Shown: positions 1 through 15,000 of the stretch, one piece after another
How positions within the stretch are numbered: the stretch's first letter is position 1
Layout: every line of letters begins with the position of its first letter
Source of the DNA: Lytechinus pictus
Lineage: Eukaryota
Length of the DNA stretch: 64,000 nt
NCBI RefSeq assembly: GCF_037042905.1
Contig: NC_087246.1
Span: forward strand, 3,164,001-3,228,000
Direction: 5' to 3'
Notes under the pieces: generated by a model
What the model was told of the DNA's origin: nothing
The model's input: only the letters and a program-made list of their open reading frames with translations
Databases searched by the model: none
Made by a program: the position numbers and the translations under genes

Positions 1-87
1 TCATATTTCCCATTAGACCACATGCTCTGGATTTAACTGTCTGATTCTTACTGCTCAGTAATGCATTCAATGCTTGGTATGACCCAG
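1..87 (-). CDS. STK36: STK36 coding exon 28 (truncated by window edge)
   Basis: (A)[28 protein letters not shown], armadillo/HEAT-like; TAG acceptor at 88-90. Confidence 0.88.
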
Positions 88-3000
88 CTAAAGTAAGGTA
101 AGATAGAAGAAATTAAATAACTACTGGAAATGAAACCTCGACTTTCACCCACGAGTGACAATGTCGAACTTAAAGTGACCTGCCATTATCTTCAGTAAAT
201 TATTCCAGACTTTATTTCTCTGAAGATAAGGTCTCTGTGACACAGAGTTGTGAAAGATTAATAGTAATAATAACCAGCAGTTAGTACTCTCTCCACTGTT
301 AACTACATCACAGCGTTTACAAAAGATAAGCATAAAAAGCATCATAATTACGATACAAATACATACAGCTGTATACAAAAGAGACAGAAAGATAATGACT
401 ATCTAAAAAGAGGTATGATTTTAGAAGTTTCTTACATTGATGTGTAGAGTTATATGATCAATACCTAATATTAATCATCAATGATGATTAAAAGATTTAA
501 ATCAAACCTAATTTCCAATATATCTTGAGTCCTTCTCTTAAGTACAAGACAAATTTAGATCAATTGCTATGAGAGACCAATTTGAGTCTATCACAATAAT
601 GTAAGACGTATCCCAGGGGCAGCAATACAGGGTCAGGCATGTGCCACCATGGATGTGTAATGTAATATAATTAAGGAAAAGTCAGAGGAACATGGAATAT
701 CTGCATTTTTTTAAATGAGAATCAGAAACTCCTACCCTTTTCTCCTGAAAGTATAGCTTTGAGCAACATAAGATGATGAGCTCCACTCCTGGCAAGATGG
801 CTACAGATAGACAGCATATCACAACGGACTTCTGTTGGAGCATCACTAGACATTAGACTGCTCATGTAACTCTCGGCCTATGGGTGAAGTTAAAGGCAAT
901 TATCAACTTTGTGACATATTTTTTTTATTGCACTTGAAAAAGGTTTTATTTAGTTGATATGAAGCTTTCCAAATAAATTTGTCATCCTGAATTCGATTCA
1001 CTCACGAAGTTCCTCCAGAATTGTACAAATACAAAAATATTAATTGTTTTACCTTCTTCCATAGGAGATTACAGAATTTAGATATGAACCACCTTTGGCT
1101 CAATTTCACCCACCTTATTATCAATGGCAAGTTTCAAGGTAGTGATATAAGCTACTAGAATGATGCAATTTGGAAGGGAGCAAATGAAGTGCATTATCTT
1201 AAATAAGATAATGTGATTTCTACAAACAATATCAAGTACAAAAAGTAAAAAAGAAAGCTATAATTTGTCATCAAGAATGTATGATCATTCTGAAAGTATT
1301 TTTCCCCATTTTTTAAACACATCATCATTCTCTGATTTGCTATTGGCATATTATGGTTCATGGGCATCAGGGAGTTCCCTGATGTGAATTCTGACTAGCT
1401 CTTTTTATATTTTCCATATGCATTACTTGTCAATAACATGCCATTTATATGGTCAAACAAATGATCATCAAAATTATTGGATGCAGAACGTTAATGATTA
1501 CCTTATACTTGGTGACAGACTCACAGAATTGTGTCAGAAATGCCTCTTCGCTTAGTACAAGCCTTGAAAGGACACCTGGAATTAATTAAAAAAGCAATAT
1601 TTAGTGTTTATAAGTATGAACCATTGATAACTGAACTGAAATATCTCTAATTAAAAAAATAACATTTGAATTGGTGGGTAATGTCACCTTCACATCCCTC
1701 GAGCACTAAGTAGTTTCCCTAGGACATAAGAATAATCCCATGATGGGAGAGAATGTCTGTCAAGTGATAGATGTAGTAGCTTCGAAGAAAAACAACTTTA
1801 TCACATTACTTGTCTGCTACGATGTCAGGTTTCTTATCTATACAACAAAAAGTGGTATATTTTTAGAATTTGCAATTCCATAAAATTATCAGCCATTTTG
1901 TACGTCCAATTCCCATTTTTCTCTATTCTTACTTCACGTGACAAACTATGCAAGCAATGATATTACAGCCTTCATAGCAGGAGGTAAAACAAACACATTA
2001 TATTGAATTACCTGTAGGACTCTAATCAATACATTAACCATGCTGAAACAAGGAAACTCACCCATAGGGACCTCAGTCATCTCAAGAGGAACATACTTCT
2101 GGAATGCAGAGATCAACTTCTCTACCAAGAGACACTGTCTGAAGCTAGACAAGATGGCTGACATCATCATCTCATGGGTATCCAAAGCGAATGGGAAACA
2201 CAGCAACTGACATACATGTAAGACAATGTCCAGGACTAGCTCAGAAAGGTTCTGCTCTTTACTCTCACTGTGGAAACAAAATTCAATTCATCTTATGTAA
2301 GTCTTATTCAGTTTAGTGTTAGTTTCAATCTGCTTCATGTTTGTATAACCAATGTTACAATTACAACTGACGATTCTTCCTTGGTGTGTATGGACCTTGT
2401 ATCTCAGTTATTATAAAAAGTTAACAATTTAATGAGGATTCTTCTTAGCCAATCAAATGACACAATTTCATAAAACAAAGTGTGACACTCTGTGATTTCA
2501 TTTTTTTTATGAAACAGAAACACAGAGGATAATGTCAAGAATACATTGGAAATTATCATTTGGAAGTATGTACTTGATCATCATATAAAACCTCAATCAG
2601 AATTAAACTTGTATAAAATTAATTTCTATTTTTGCCAAGCCAAATCCAAAGGAAAGTCAAATCCATTTTTTTTTTAATTGTGGTTCCTTGAATGTTCTTT
2701 ACATTGCTCAGGGCAGTTTTTAACATCGATGATATTAAAAACAAATTAATAATGTTGGAAAAGTGTTAGGCAACAATACAATGAAGAATGTGCTTATAAG
2801 TTATTGAAAGAAAAACACATAGGCCTTTACCTTGACGATAAAATGGCAAGAAATTCATGTGAAAGCATAGAACTGAGAGTCAGCATGACTACACCATTAG
2901 CATTGCAGAACGGAGGTACACAGTGATATGGTTCCTGGTAATTACAAAGGAAAAAGATACATTTACGTTACATAAAATGATAAAAACATCTTCAGCATCA

Positions 3001-5128
3001 TAATAATTGTCACTTTATAAATATTAAAATAATATCATCATCATCATCATCATTATCAACATCATCATCAACCATGATCAGAATCATCATCATCACTATC
3101 AGAATCAGAGTCATCATCACTATCATCATCATCATCATCATCATCATTATCATCATCATTATTACTCCTTATTATCATTAGTCTTTGTAAAATCACATCA
3201 TAATAATCCTCCTATAGCAACCACTGCTGACCTTAGTGAATATTATCAAGATGACTTGTAAAGATGCTGCCAGGCCAGACGGTGAGACTAAATTCCAGTC
3301 AGGGTTACAGCTGACCAGTATAACCTGTTCATCATCCTCTTCAACCCCTCCATCATCCTCATCATCTTTAGGAAGGCCTGGATTCGGGGGGATTTCCTCA
3401 ATACCAAGTGTCTGCATCAACCTTTGTGGTCAAGAATACATTAAGATTAGTGCAGGGCATATCTCATGATTCATTTTAAATACAGATGATTGTCTAAACA
3501 TCCACAAGTGATAAAGACAATTTGAGTGACAAAATAATATACTAAATGGTATTCCCATAAAGTGTGTGCACTAGACCTACTAGAAACCTTATACATGGGA
3601 CCTACCTGAAATGATTTGTATCTACTTTGTGCTTCATGAAAAATTCATCTCTGTGAGGTTTTAACTAACATGAACAAACCACAGCTTTTGGACAAAGCTC
3701 CAGAACTTTATTTTCACAGAGCTTCAATCCTACCTGTGCCATATGAGGTCCCAGACACCCATCTCTATGAGGTAACGGCTGACCATGGTCTGATCTATGC
3801 TGAGGAACTGACAGATCAGAAGCAGAAGACCATCAAGGATTCCATAATCAAATGGACATCTCACACAGATCTATACAATGAAATACACAACAAAACATTC
3901 TTAACATTCTTATCATAAACCTGTGTGTAAATTGAAAAGATATATATTCTTGATTTGAATCAAGTACCTTAATCAAATATCTGGCCAGGACCTAGCACTT
4001 TAAAGATCTATCTAATTTCCTACTGTTATTTCTTACATACAGTATGGAGTGACAAAATTATGCAAGACAAAAATTATACAGGCCAAGGGTATGGAAAGCA
4101 TCTCACACAGATCTATACAATGAAATACACAACAAAACATTCTTATCATAAACCTGTATGTAAATTGAAAAGATATATTTTCTTGATTTGAATCAAGTAC
4201 CTTAATCAAATATCTGGCCAGGACCTAGCACTTTAAAGATCTATCTAATTTCCTACTGTTATTTCTTACATACAGTATGGAGTGACAAAATTATGCAAGA
4301 CAAAAATTATACAGGCCAAGGGTATGGAAAGCCAAAAGAGATTGCTCACAATAAAACAGTATGAAAATTATATAGCAATTTTTTTTACATCATTTACTTT
4401 ACATAATATTGACTGTGAAAGGACGATTTGAGATGTTATTGAAAATGCAGATCATATCAGGCAGAAGTTCATTGTACTGACTCTTTTACCTGTTCTAAAT
4501 CATTAAAAGCTGATTGTACTGCATCTAATAGATCTGATGTGGGCATCTGGATAGCTATTCCATGGTGTAATAACTGACTCACTAACAACGATGCAGCTGT
4601 CTTTTGGAAACAAAATAATAGACATGATAGCAATATGAATTCAAACAGTTTTATACAAAATATGCATTAATGGATGATACCTATGGTTTTTTTACTCTCC
4701 TTCAAGAAAAATAAAATAAGTCACACATGAATTGTTCTTTGCAGTTACATGAAAGGTTGAACAAAAGAACAACCAAGGATATCATAACAAAATACAAGAA
4801 TATAGCAAACAAATGCATTTTATGACCGTTGGTGATGATAGTAATGAGTGTTGATAACAATTGCAATGATGATAATAATAATGTAACTTATAAAGCACTT
4901 GTATCCACTCTGCTCACAACTCAAGGCACAGCTTGTCATTGTTAGCCTGACTGTATCCGGCCATGATCTCGATGCACAAACATTTCAAGAAATTATTATT
5001 CCTACCAAGTACCCAATTACTAAATCTTAGTATAGCACAGTGTTGGATGATGATGATGGTAATGATCATAATGATGATAATGGTGATGATGGTGGTGGTG
5101 GTGGTGGTGGTGGTGGTGGTGGTGGTGG

Positions 5129-5182
<54 letters not shown>

Positions 5183-5262
5183 GGATGATGATGATGAGGA
5201 TGATGATGATGATGAGGATGATGATGATGAGGATGATGAGGATGATGAGGATGAGGATGATG

Positions 5263-5302
<40 letters not shown>

Positions 5303-5367
5303 GGATAATGATGATGATGATGATGAGGAGGATGATGAGGATGATGAGGATGAGGATGATGAGGATG

Positions 5368-5416
<49 letters not shown>

Positions 5417-5550
5417 GGATGATGATGAGGATGATGAGGATGATGATGATGATGATGATGAGGATGATGATGATGAGGATGATGAGGATGATGAGGATAA
5501 TGATGATGATGATGATGAGGATGATGAGGATGATGAGGATGAGGATGATG

Positions 5551-5623
<73 letters not shown>

Positions 5624-5889
5624 GGATGATGATGATGAGGATGAGGATGATGAGGATAATGATGATGATGATGATGATGAGGATGATGATGATGAGGATG
5701 ATGAGGATGAGGATGATGAGGATGATGATGATGAGGATGATGAGGATGAGGATGATGAGGATGATGAGGATGATGATGATGATGATGATGAGGATGATGA
5801 TGATGAGGATGATGAGGATGATGAGGATGATGATGATGATGATGATGAGGATGATGAGGATGAGGATGATGAGGATGATGAGGATGATG

Positions 5890-5923
<34 letters not shown>

Positions 5924-6000
5924 GGATGATGAGGATAATGATGATGAGGATGATGAGGATGAGGATGATGATGATGAGGATGATGAGGATGATGAGGATG

Positions 6001-6036
<36 letters not shown>

Positions 6037-9000
6037 GTTATGATGATGATGATGATGGTTATGATGATGATAATGACGGCGATGATGAGAATGATATTGT
6101 GATAGTAGTGATGGTGAAAATGATAATGACGATATGGTGAAAATGATAATGATGATAATTATTATGAATATGGCTAAAATACTTACTGTATGGCTTGCAA
6201 TCTGAGAATCAAGTAAGATGGCTGCAAACAAGGAAGTTGCATTCAACAATCTGACAAACAAAACAAACAAAATAAATTAACATAAAATGTCTTGAAATTA
6301 ATGCAATATTTTTTTTCAAATAGAAATATCAATTCAATGTACAAAATAAAAAAATGCCATACATTTTTAAGCAATCATTGCTTTGTATATTAAGTAAGTG
6401 CATTCCTTTTAAGCCCTTGCAGAAATACTGTTCAAATTTTCACTTACATTTCGGGTATAGCTTGTAGCTGGATGATGATTGTACTGAGGATATGAGTACA
6501 TATCTCATATACAGTGTTCTTACTCATATCCTCTATCTCAGTCTGAAAGTTAATTAAAATATTAATGAATAGATTAATAAATGACAGAAAGATGAACAAA
6601 AAAACATTTAGCTCTGAAAAAAATAAAATATTTAGCTATTTATTCTCTTGATCTAAAAAAAATACAGGGAAACTCTTAAATAAACAAATAGATATAGACA
6701 AACATGCTACATAGCATTGTGTTCTTATTCATGACTATCATCACTGTCTTTGCAAAATCAGGTAAAAAATAGAGACAGAGAGAGATAATTTAACAAAATA
6801 CAATCACTAATAAGAAAAAAATCATATTCTTAATGCTTTCATATACTGTAGTTGACTTAGAAAATAAGAAGTTATAGTTTTTTTTATTTTTTTTTATTTG
6901 CATAACATTCAGGTTCAATCATAAATGTTAGGGTATTAAACATATTTCACTCTTTCATTATTTGTTGTACCCTATCTGTTTTATCATGCATCTGATCATC
7001 TGTGAATCTTATTTGTAGGTTCAAACTTTATTACGCTTCTCTTTAGTTTTTACTGCAATTGAAATCAACAAAATAATAGACAAAGTATTTTTTCAGACCT
7101 TTCCTTGTAGTACTAGAAGAATGAGACTAATATGTTCCTCTTTATATGCAATGTATTTACAGAGGAGAGGTGACATCTGACATCCAAAATAGATAGCCTG
7201 CAGAATAAAATAAAGATGAAATAGCAATAAAAATTGAACACACATTTTCAATGTAGATGCAGTACAGATTCATGGTATTTCAAAGGCAATTCTACAAAGA
7301 TAGAAGTAGTTAATTGGAGAAAGATATTAGGTCAATACATGCATATATTGTCAATAAGAATTAACCAACAGGTATGAAAAATTGTTATTTATGAGATATT
7401 TTGTCAATACCCACCTGCTAGAAACAGCTCCATTTCTGTTTTGCATAATTCATATAGTGAACACATGGTAACCATACACATACTTTGTTTTACATATAAT
7501 TTTTTTTTCATTGTACATGTATTTTAAACTGATCCAAAATTAGCATAATGTTTAAACCAATCATACTTATATGTTGCAGGATTTGTGTATGTTTATTATG
7601 TACTTCTCTGTGTTACATACTTTACATATTTTGTATATCTGTGAAATCTACTACATTTTATTTATATCATGACATTGTGACATGCAATGGATAAATAGAC
7701 AAATAAATAAATGATCAGTGAATGAATAAATAGATAAATAACTATATAAATAAATAATTATTAAAATAAATAGATAAATAAATAATGAAATAAATAAACA
7801 ATTGTTATTATTGGTTAGGCATCATCTGTGCCTGGGAGGCGAAAAGCGAACTGAATCACTATGACCCGTAGGTCTCTCCTCCCGATATAACTAATTGGGG
7901 GAGTGCAAGTGGAAAACTACACAGGGGTCTTCCCTTTACACTCTTATACAAATAGTGCAGTGGGTGCTGTATTGTATTGTATACATCTTGATATGTATAC
8001 CTAAACTACTAAAAAAAAGGTTTAACCCCATTTGGCTTGTCGTGATTTATGAAATTTCCACCATTGCATGAGAGTAGTAAACATACCTTGAGGGTGTTTT
8101 CACAAAACGATGGATGAGCAATGTATTTCATCAGGTTATCAGTGAACTCAGAGTGATCTGATTCAGCAAACAGATCTCCTAAAGCTGCAGCCATCTATTA
8201 GTGAAGAGCAGAGATGGAGAAAAGTTTCAATCATTTAAAGGCGAAAATATCCTAAGTAATAAAATAAATCATTTTATGCAAAAGCATAAATATACATATA
8301 TACAGAGAGAGAAAAAGATAATATAGAAAGTTTGACAGGAATCGGAGAAGGAATAAAAACCGTTAGAGCGGATTGATTAAAAATTCAAGGAAGATCATGT
8401 ACAAAAAATAAATTACAATCTGGAAGTATAAATTGATTCTTATTTATATCTGACATTTGCTTACCTTGCGTTTGCCCTCTACGCATGTATCCTGTCCTTG
8501 TTGGATATAGACTAGCTCTGCCAAACCACCGATAGCCACACCACACATCTGCTCCCAACGCTCACCAAATGCTTCACCTTCAGGTCCACCTGTAAACATG
8601 AAAGAAATGGATTACTTCAAAGTGTGTGGAATTCTTTGAAAATAATATTATAAATAGGATGGAACTATATCATACATTAAAGAGAGGGATTACTTTTTAC
8701 AGAGTGAAAGTATTTTAAATGCAATTATATGAATAAGAGGTTATTAAAGGAATCATAATGAATTGAATTGGTTTACTAAAAAGTAATAAAAACAACACCA
8801 AACAGGCAGCTCGCAGACTGAAAATTTTCAATTTACAAAAAAAATCAAAAGAAAGAGTATTATTAAACAAAAGTAAGACATAGGCCATTAATTAACCTAT
8901 TTGAAAAAAAAATTAACAATGATAATATGCCAACTCTGACTGATAAAATAACAATAAATGTAAAAAGATCCATGTGTTCGATATCAGAATATAGAAGGAA

Positions 9001-12000
9001 AACAAATGAAGCTAAATGAACAAAAACATATCAATGTGCACTAAAAAAAAGATTTATAATATATATTTTTTTTTAATAAAAGTAAAATCATGGAATACAA
9101 ATTTGCAATACATTCTTTCTACTCATGCATACACATGATGTTGCGTCTCATGATAAGGAATCAGGCCACTAATACTTCTTAACATTTCACAATTCGTGAA
9201 CTTACTTACCAGCTATAATAAACAGAGTCAATAATACAGTAAAACCACTCTTTTAAACAGCAGCACAGACATTGCAAAGTCTCAAAAGTGTTTGTATTTT
9301 GGTGAAAAACAGTATTTCTCTGTGAGTTATGATGCATCATTGACATAAACAGTACAAAATACTGCACAAGGTAAGAGCATGTAACTCTGCCAGTATTTGT
9401 GACTCTGTTCAACTTACTTGTGACTTTCTTGATAAGAGTATCATCCTGTTGTAATGTTTTAAGAAGACCAGTGATGACCTGTTGATGGGTGGTAGCAAGA
9501 CCAGCATAGTACCCTGTCACAAACTCTTCCTGGGCTCTATCCATCACCTCACACTGGTAAATAAAACACTGGAAGAACAAATGATTGAAAAAATGTTCTA
9601 CTAGTAGACAATAGCATGGAACTTGTTCATTACATGGTTCATTCCTTACAATAACATTATTCTGCCAGATTTCGGGCCGTTTCTTATTGTAACTTTTCGA
9701 TTTCTGTAACTACTACGGCAACAAGATCCAATCAAATCAAGGTTTCCATGGTAATCATCGTAACGGTAAAATTAGAAGAATTGCAAGTTTTTATGGCACA
9801 GACCCCTGGACACTGTTTTATTCAGCATTGACTAATAATGATCAGCTCTCTTATTTCAGTGATGGTTTTGAATCGCAAAAAAAGCACTGGTCTGTGACTG
9901 TTGTTATAATACCGGTCATATAATGACAACTTGTTTTTATTCCTAAGCCTGTTACTTACATAAACAGATTGTGCCCTTAGATTAAGGTCATCATCTTCCT
10001 TGATGTGTATCAACCATGGTAGAACACCAGCAAAGTTTAGAGCGGCCTCCATCACATCTTTGGTCCTGAAAATGTTGGTGTGGGGATGGAGAATAGTCAT
10101 CAAGTAACATTGTGTAAAAAAAATGAATTCAGTTTCTATCTAAGGTAGGATATGTCTAAACTCTACTTGCACATGGTACAGTCAAATTTCAAGTAGAGTT
10201 CTTATTTTCAATGCTTTCAATCAAATCAAACTAGATTTTACATGTACCATTAAGATTGTGGGACTAGAAAGGATTGAGAAATTGAAAAGAAAAATGAGGG
10301 AGCATGTGTTTCTCATTAACAATGGCCTGTTTCTATGTTTTCAATTTTTATCTGCTGAAACCCTTCCACATCCATGCATTATGACTTAACAAACTGTCAA
10401 GTTACTACTTTTGTGTAGCCCTTTTTAATTCAACTTTAATAGCAGAATGGATTATCTGATTTGAACCTCATACAAACATATTGATTTTATCAGGGGTGTT
10501 CTTACAAAGATTTGTGTGTGGCCATAAATTACAAAGATTTGTGTGTGGTCATAATCACACTTGAATTCTCAGCTGCTTATGGTATAAGAAGTATCATTGT
10601 ATAAGTCAGATAACATTCAGAGGATAAACTCTACCATGTACTCATCTATGTGATTATGTGTTAAATATATACATGTTGGCAATTAAGCTTGACCCCCAGT
10701 TATGTTAGTTGTTTTCTAAAACAACCCCATGGTCAAACATCTCACATGGAAACATCTTTGAGTTATTACAGATGCGAAGCTTTGCTTCTTTTTTTTTATA
10801 AATGAACCGAAAATGGAGAAGTTTTGAGTTTTATACCTGTCCATGTTTAGCTCTATAGCCACATCTGACATGATGTATGCAGTGTATACATTAACCAAGT
10901 CTGTCAGGATCTGTACATACCAAGCTTGCTGCAGAAAACAAGACATGATTAAAGAAAGATAACACTGAAGTTACATCAAGTGATTTTACATGTATTGTTG
11001 ACCAGTGCTATCACTACACTTGTCTCAACTGCTCAAAAACTTTCACCATTCAAAATTTGCTATTGACTCTCCATACAATCTCACACCTGCCCACCAGACA
11101 CTTAACTTTCCCCAATGACAAAGAAAACAATATGAAAATAATATATTTAATGCTTAAGCCAGAGTAGCCAACCTTAACAAGATAATTTCAGTAATTTAAA
11201 AGCTGAAAATCAGTATTTCGGTGAGGAAATTAGTATTTTCAGAGAAATACCATACGAAACTAGTATTTTGAATGAAACCATCAGTATTCTTCTCATTTTT
11301 CAGTACTAAATACTGAAAATCAGCCCTGAAAACCTAACTACTTTTCATCCCACTGAAATTATGTGGCGAGGTGTTAGGTGTAGAATTTACACCATTAAAA
11401 AGGTGACAATGCTGATGTTACCCCTTTTGATGTTGGTGATGGGCCTATTCTGACATCAGCACAGTACCAAATTAAATGAAACTGGTCCTGGGAAAGATGC
11501 TGAAAGGTGCTGATCTGTCAATAATGTGATTTCTGTAATCTCATTTTTAGTATTGGAGCTAGGGAAAGAAAATATATATTGTGCTTCCAATACCCATTCC
11601 AGTAGAATGACCTGAAATTACCCATTAATGCCACCTAGCAGGGGAATTGAAATGATTGAGAATATAATCTAATATGTAAGAATATGTCCTTGTCATTTGT
11701 AAAGTCATGCGTAACTTTATGCTTATTTTTATGAAATAGCCCCCATATTGACTCTGTAGAGACACCTAGAGAGATCCACAATGCAATTCATGCTATTATT
11801 TGAAAGGAAATGATAAAGATAATCCATCATGATTATGGTTTGAATTCATCCAAGTTGATCAAATGAAAATTGCATGAACTATGAAATTTAATATTTATTA
11901 CATGTCAAAAAGCTGCTGTATCTAGCATATATGTAAAGAGGAAGAAAGTATTACTTACCTCTTTAACTGTTTTATTATTCTTCATTTTGCTGAGGACATC

Positions 12001-15000
12001 CAGAGGTAGCATTGGTACTTTCGTCATATGACAAAATTCAGTGAGGGAATCAGCAAAACTGCATTCAATTGGAAGAGAGTGAGAGAAAAGATGGATTTCA
12101 ATGAAGCTGACTTTATTATAGGTCTATCATTATCCTGGTCATCAGATTAAGACTTAGCCCCCCCCCCCTTCTTCCTTATACAATTTATGCATATTCTCTT
12201 CTCACAGTGGAAAGTTTTTAACCAAGCCCCATTTTACACATATTGACTTTGTTTAGCAAACTTCATACATATTCATATTCCCATAGATAACTACTTAAAA
12301 TCTGAATGGATCGTAGAAAAATGAAGAAGCATCAGGTCCGCAGCTTGATACATAATCCCCATATCTTATTTTTCAGTCAAGACTTACTAACTAAGCCAAA
12401 ACAAATCTAGGAAACCAAGTGATAGAAAAATCAGATGGGAATACACCTTAATATTCTGTCAAGGACTAAACAAAGAGGAGTGATGGTTGCTTATTATTAA
12501 ATCATTGATGTCTGAATCTTGGTTAAGGACAAATTGGTTGCTTGTAGTTTGAAAAAGTCTGGATTCACCTTTGCGAGTTAGTTAGTTTCCACAAATACAT
12601 CTAGTGGGTCATATATCTGAATATAGGTTATTTAAGACAAACAGGGCTAGTTAACTGAATGAGAACTTGGGCATTACCCCTGAATAGCATGGCTACCTTG
12701 AAATTGCATAACCAGAGGGGAGGGGGTGGCTGTTGATAATGCAATCGCAATGAAAATCGGCACACATGTAAGCCATGATATAACCTACAAGACTGTGTAG
12801 TTAATTGCTACAAACTTATTAAAGTTTATTTGCAATTAATTATGCTAATCTATTTATGCATACAATCTATTTTTGGCTGTAATTCATTTAGTTAAAATCT
12901 AAAACTACTAGATTTTGGGCTGGACACTCTTTAAGGATTTTCATTCAATGAATATTAGAAAAATGAATGTATTTCTTCTTTTAATTTCTTACACATTTCT
13001 TTGTTTGTTTTTCTACTTTTTGTTCCTTATTTTTATGGAAATCATCAGCAAAATTAGTTCAATTATAAATAATATGAAATTGTTTTAATCAATACAAGAA
13101 GAAATAGTGTTACATTTAAGATTTTTTTTTCTAGATACAGAATCATGTTTTGGCATTCCCTTACAAAATGTTGCATAATTTTTTAACCACATACCCAAGC
13201 ATCACAAATCAAGAGTTGAAAAGTGAAGTAAACAAGCAGCATGGTCAAAGATACTTGTGCAGCAGAATTGGCACAAAATTTATAGAATAATGAGGGTTTT
13301 ATGAATCATTACCCTTTGTAAGCCAGCAGGTTGCTGATAACACGCAAGACAAGCCTGAGTCTAGATGCACCCTCCAGCATCCCATCTAATGTTTGTTTAC
13401 ATGTTTCATCAAGCCTTGATGCAATGCGCTGCAAAAAGGCCTGGTCTTGGAGAAGAGCATCTATAGAACGAGGGTCTGTGGTCTCAGGATTGGTGATGTC
13501 ACACAGCGAGTCCCATTCATCTTCACTGTCAACATCCTATCGATAATGGAAATACGATTCAATGAAACTGATAACATCATAACTCATTCATCATTGGTAT
13601 ATATTTCATCTCCAATGATAACCAGGGATGGCACCTCAAAGCACTTTGTGCATTTTGTGTATATAGACACTGTAGAAATATAATTATTGATAAATTCAAA
13701 AGATTGAATTGAATTCAATATATCATAAATATTTTTATATAATAATGCAGTAAGTGGTTTGGTCATTTCATGGTAAAAGTTCGCTAAAAAAATTGTTATC
13801 AGAATAAGAATTAGGAGTTACAGGTTGAAAATTGGCATTTATAAAATGACAATCAGGAATGAAAGCTAAATTTGTAAATCAGAAATTTAAATTTACTATT
13901 TGTAAATCATCATCTCCAAATTATCAGTATCATCACCATCAATTGACATTCCCAAAATGTCTAAAAGTTCTAGCTTACTTCTTCTTGCAGTCTGACGTTA
14001 TCAATGCTTTTCCTCATGTCTTTTGCCTTGCCTCCATCTTTCTTTAAAACGCGTCTGCTTTCCACCTCAACACTTGGAAACTCCTGAAAGAAATCAATTC
14101 ATATTATAGGCAAACATTGAGACACTATCAAATCAAGATTGTTTTTTTAACCATACAATGCAATAGTCTTGTTCTGCAAGTAGTAGATGGCAGGTTTTTT
14201 TTCTCTCTCTCATATTCTATTGCTCAGCACCCTAAATACTCTGTAGAGTGGATATGGACCATTATGAATTATATTTATTATTTCTAAGATTAATTTTTTT
14301 TACAAATTTTATCATAACCTCTATACTTAAATTTTACAATATTTTTTTCACTGCCAAGAATGTTAAACAATTTGAGAAATAACGGAAATAAGGAAAACTT
14401 CTTGTGTCACAATGGGTTTTTTTTTAAAGCAAACATCTACCTACTCTCAATGTTAAATGGATAAAAGAAAAACTTGAAATACAAACTTAATATTACCTTC
14501 GTAATCATTGGATCCTGTTTGTTAATAAACTTACTAGTTCATGCACAAAAGACAAATTATTATATTGAAGTCTTTTATTGATATCACGTTTCTAATTATT
14601 TGCAACAGATCTGTAATTTTTTATATTTTTTTTCAATAAAATCATAAAAAAGAGGTCAGCACAGGTGAATATCACTCTCCTTTTCCCGGCAATCAGGAAT
14701 CTGGGCTATCCCTGTGATAATCAGTATGACTACAATATGCACCTGTTTGTAATCATGAGTAATGCGGTTCTCCCTTGGGGTTGGTTCCTGTTCCTTGACA
14801 CTAGGCCAGGGCTCACTCTTGGCAATACGGGGTTTAGCCTTGGTCTTCTCACCGCTGGGCTTATGGGGTTTCTTGCCCTCAGTCCATGCCCCATCTTTAT
14901 TATCCTCCTAAAATGGAATGGAATCACAGTAATCATGGTTATCACCCTAAGCAAAGGAAATGAAGAAACTGAACAATACAACATAGGATATCTAAAACAC

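Noticed and set aside
1946..2061. Extension of exon 25 along the listed ORF
   Set aside because: The GTGAGT donor at 2061 gives the in-frame PMG-VLSRL junction; the remainder is intron.
2213..2220. TACATGTA inside exon 25 as a footprint
   Set aside because: It is ordinary coding sequence (Leu-His-Val) and within chance expectation.
4963..6140. 379-aa and 366-aa plus-strand ORFs (poly-M/R, poly-D/E) as genes
   Set aside because: They are translations of the (GAT)n microsatellite inside an STK36 intron.
9206..9417. Extension of STK36 exon 15 to the GTAAGT at 9209
   Set aside because: It gives phase 2, but the next exon needs phase 1, which the donor at 9417 supplies.
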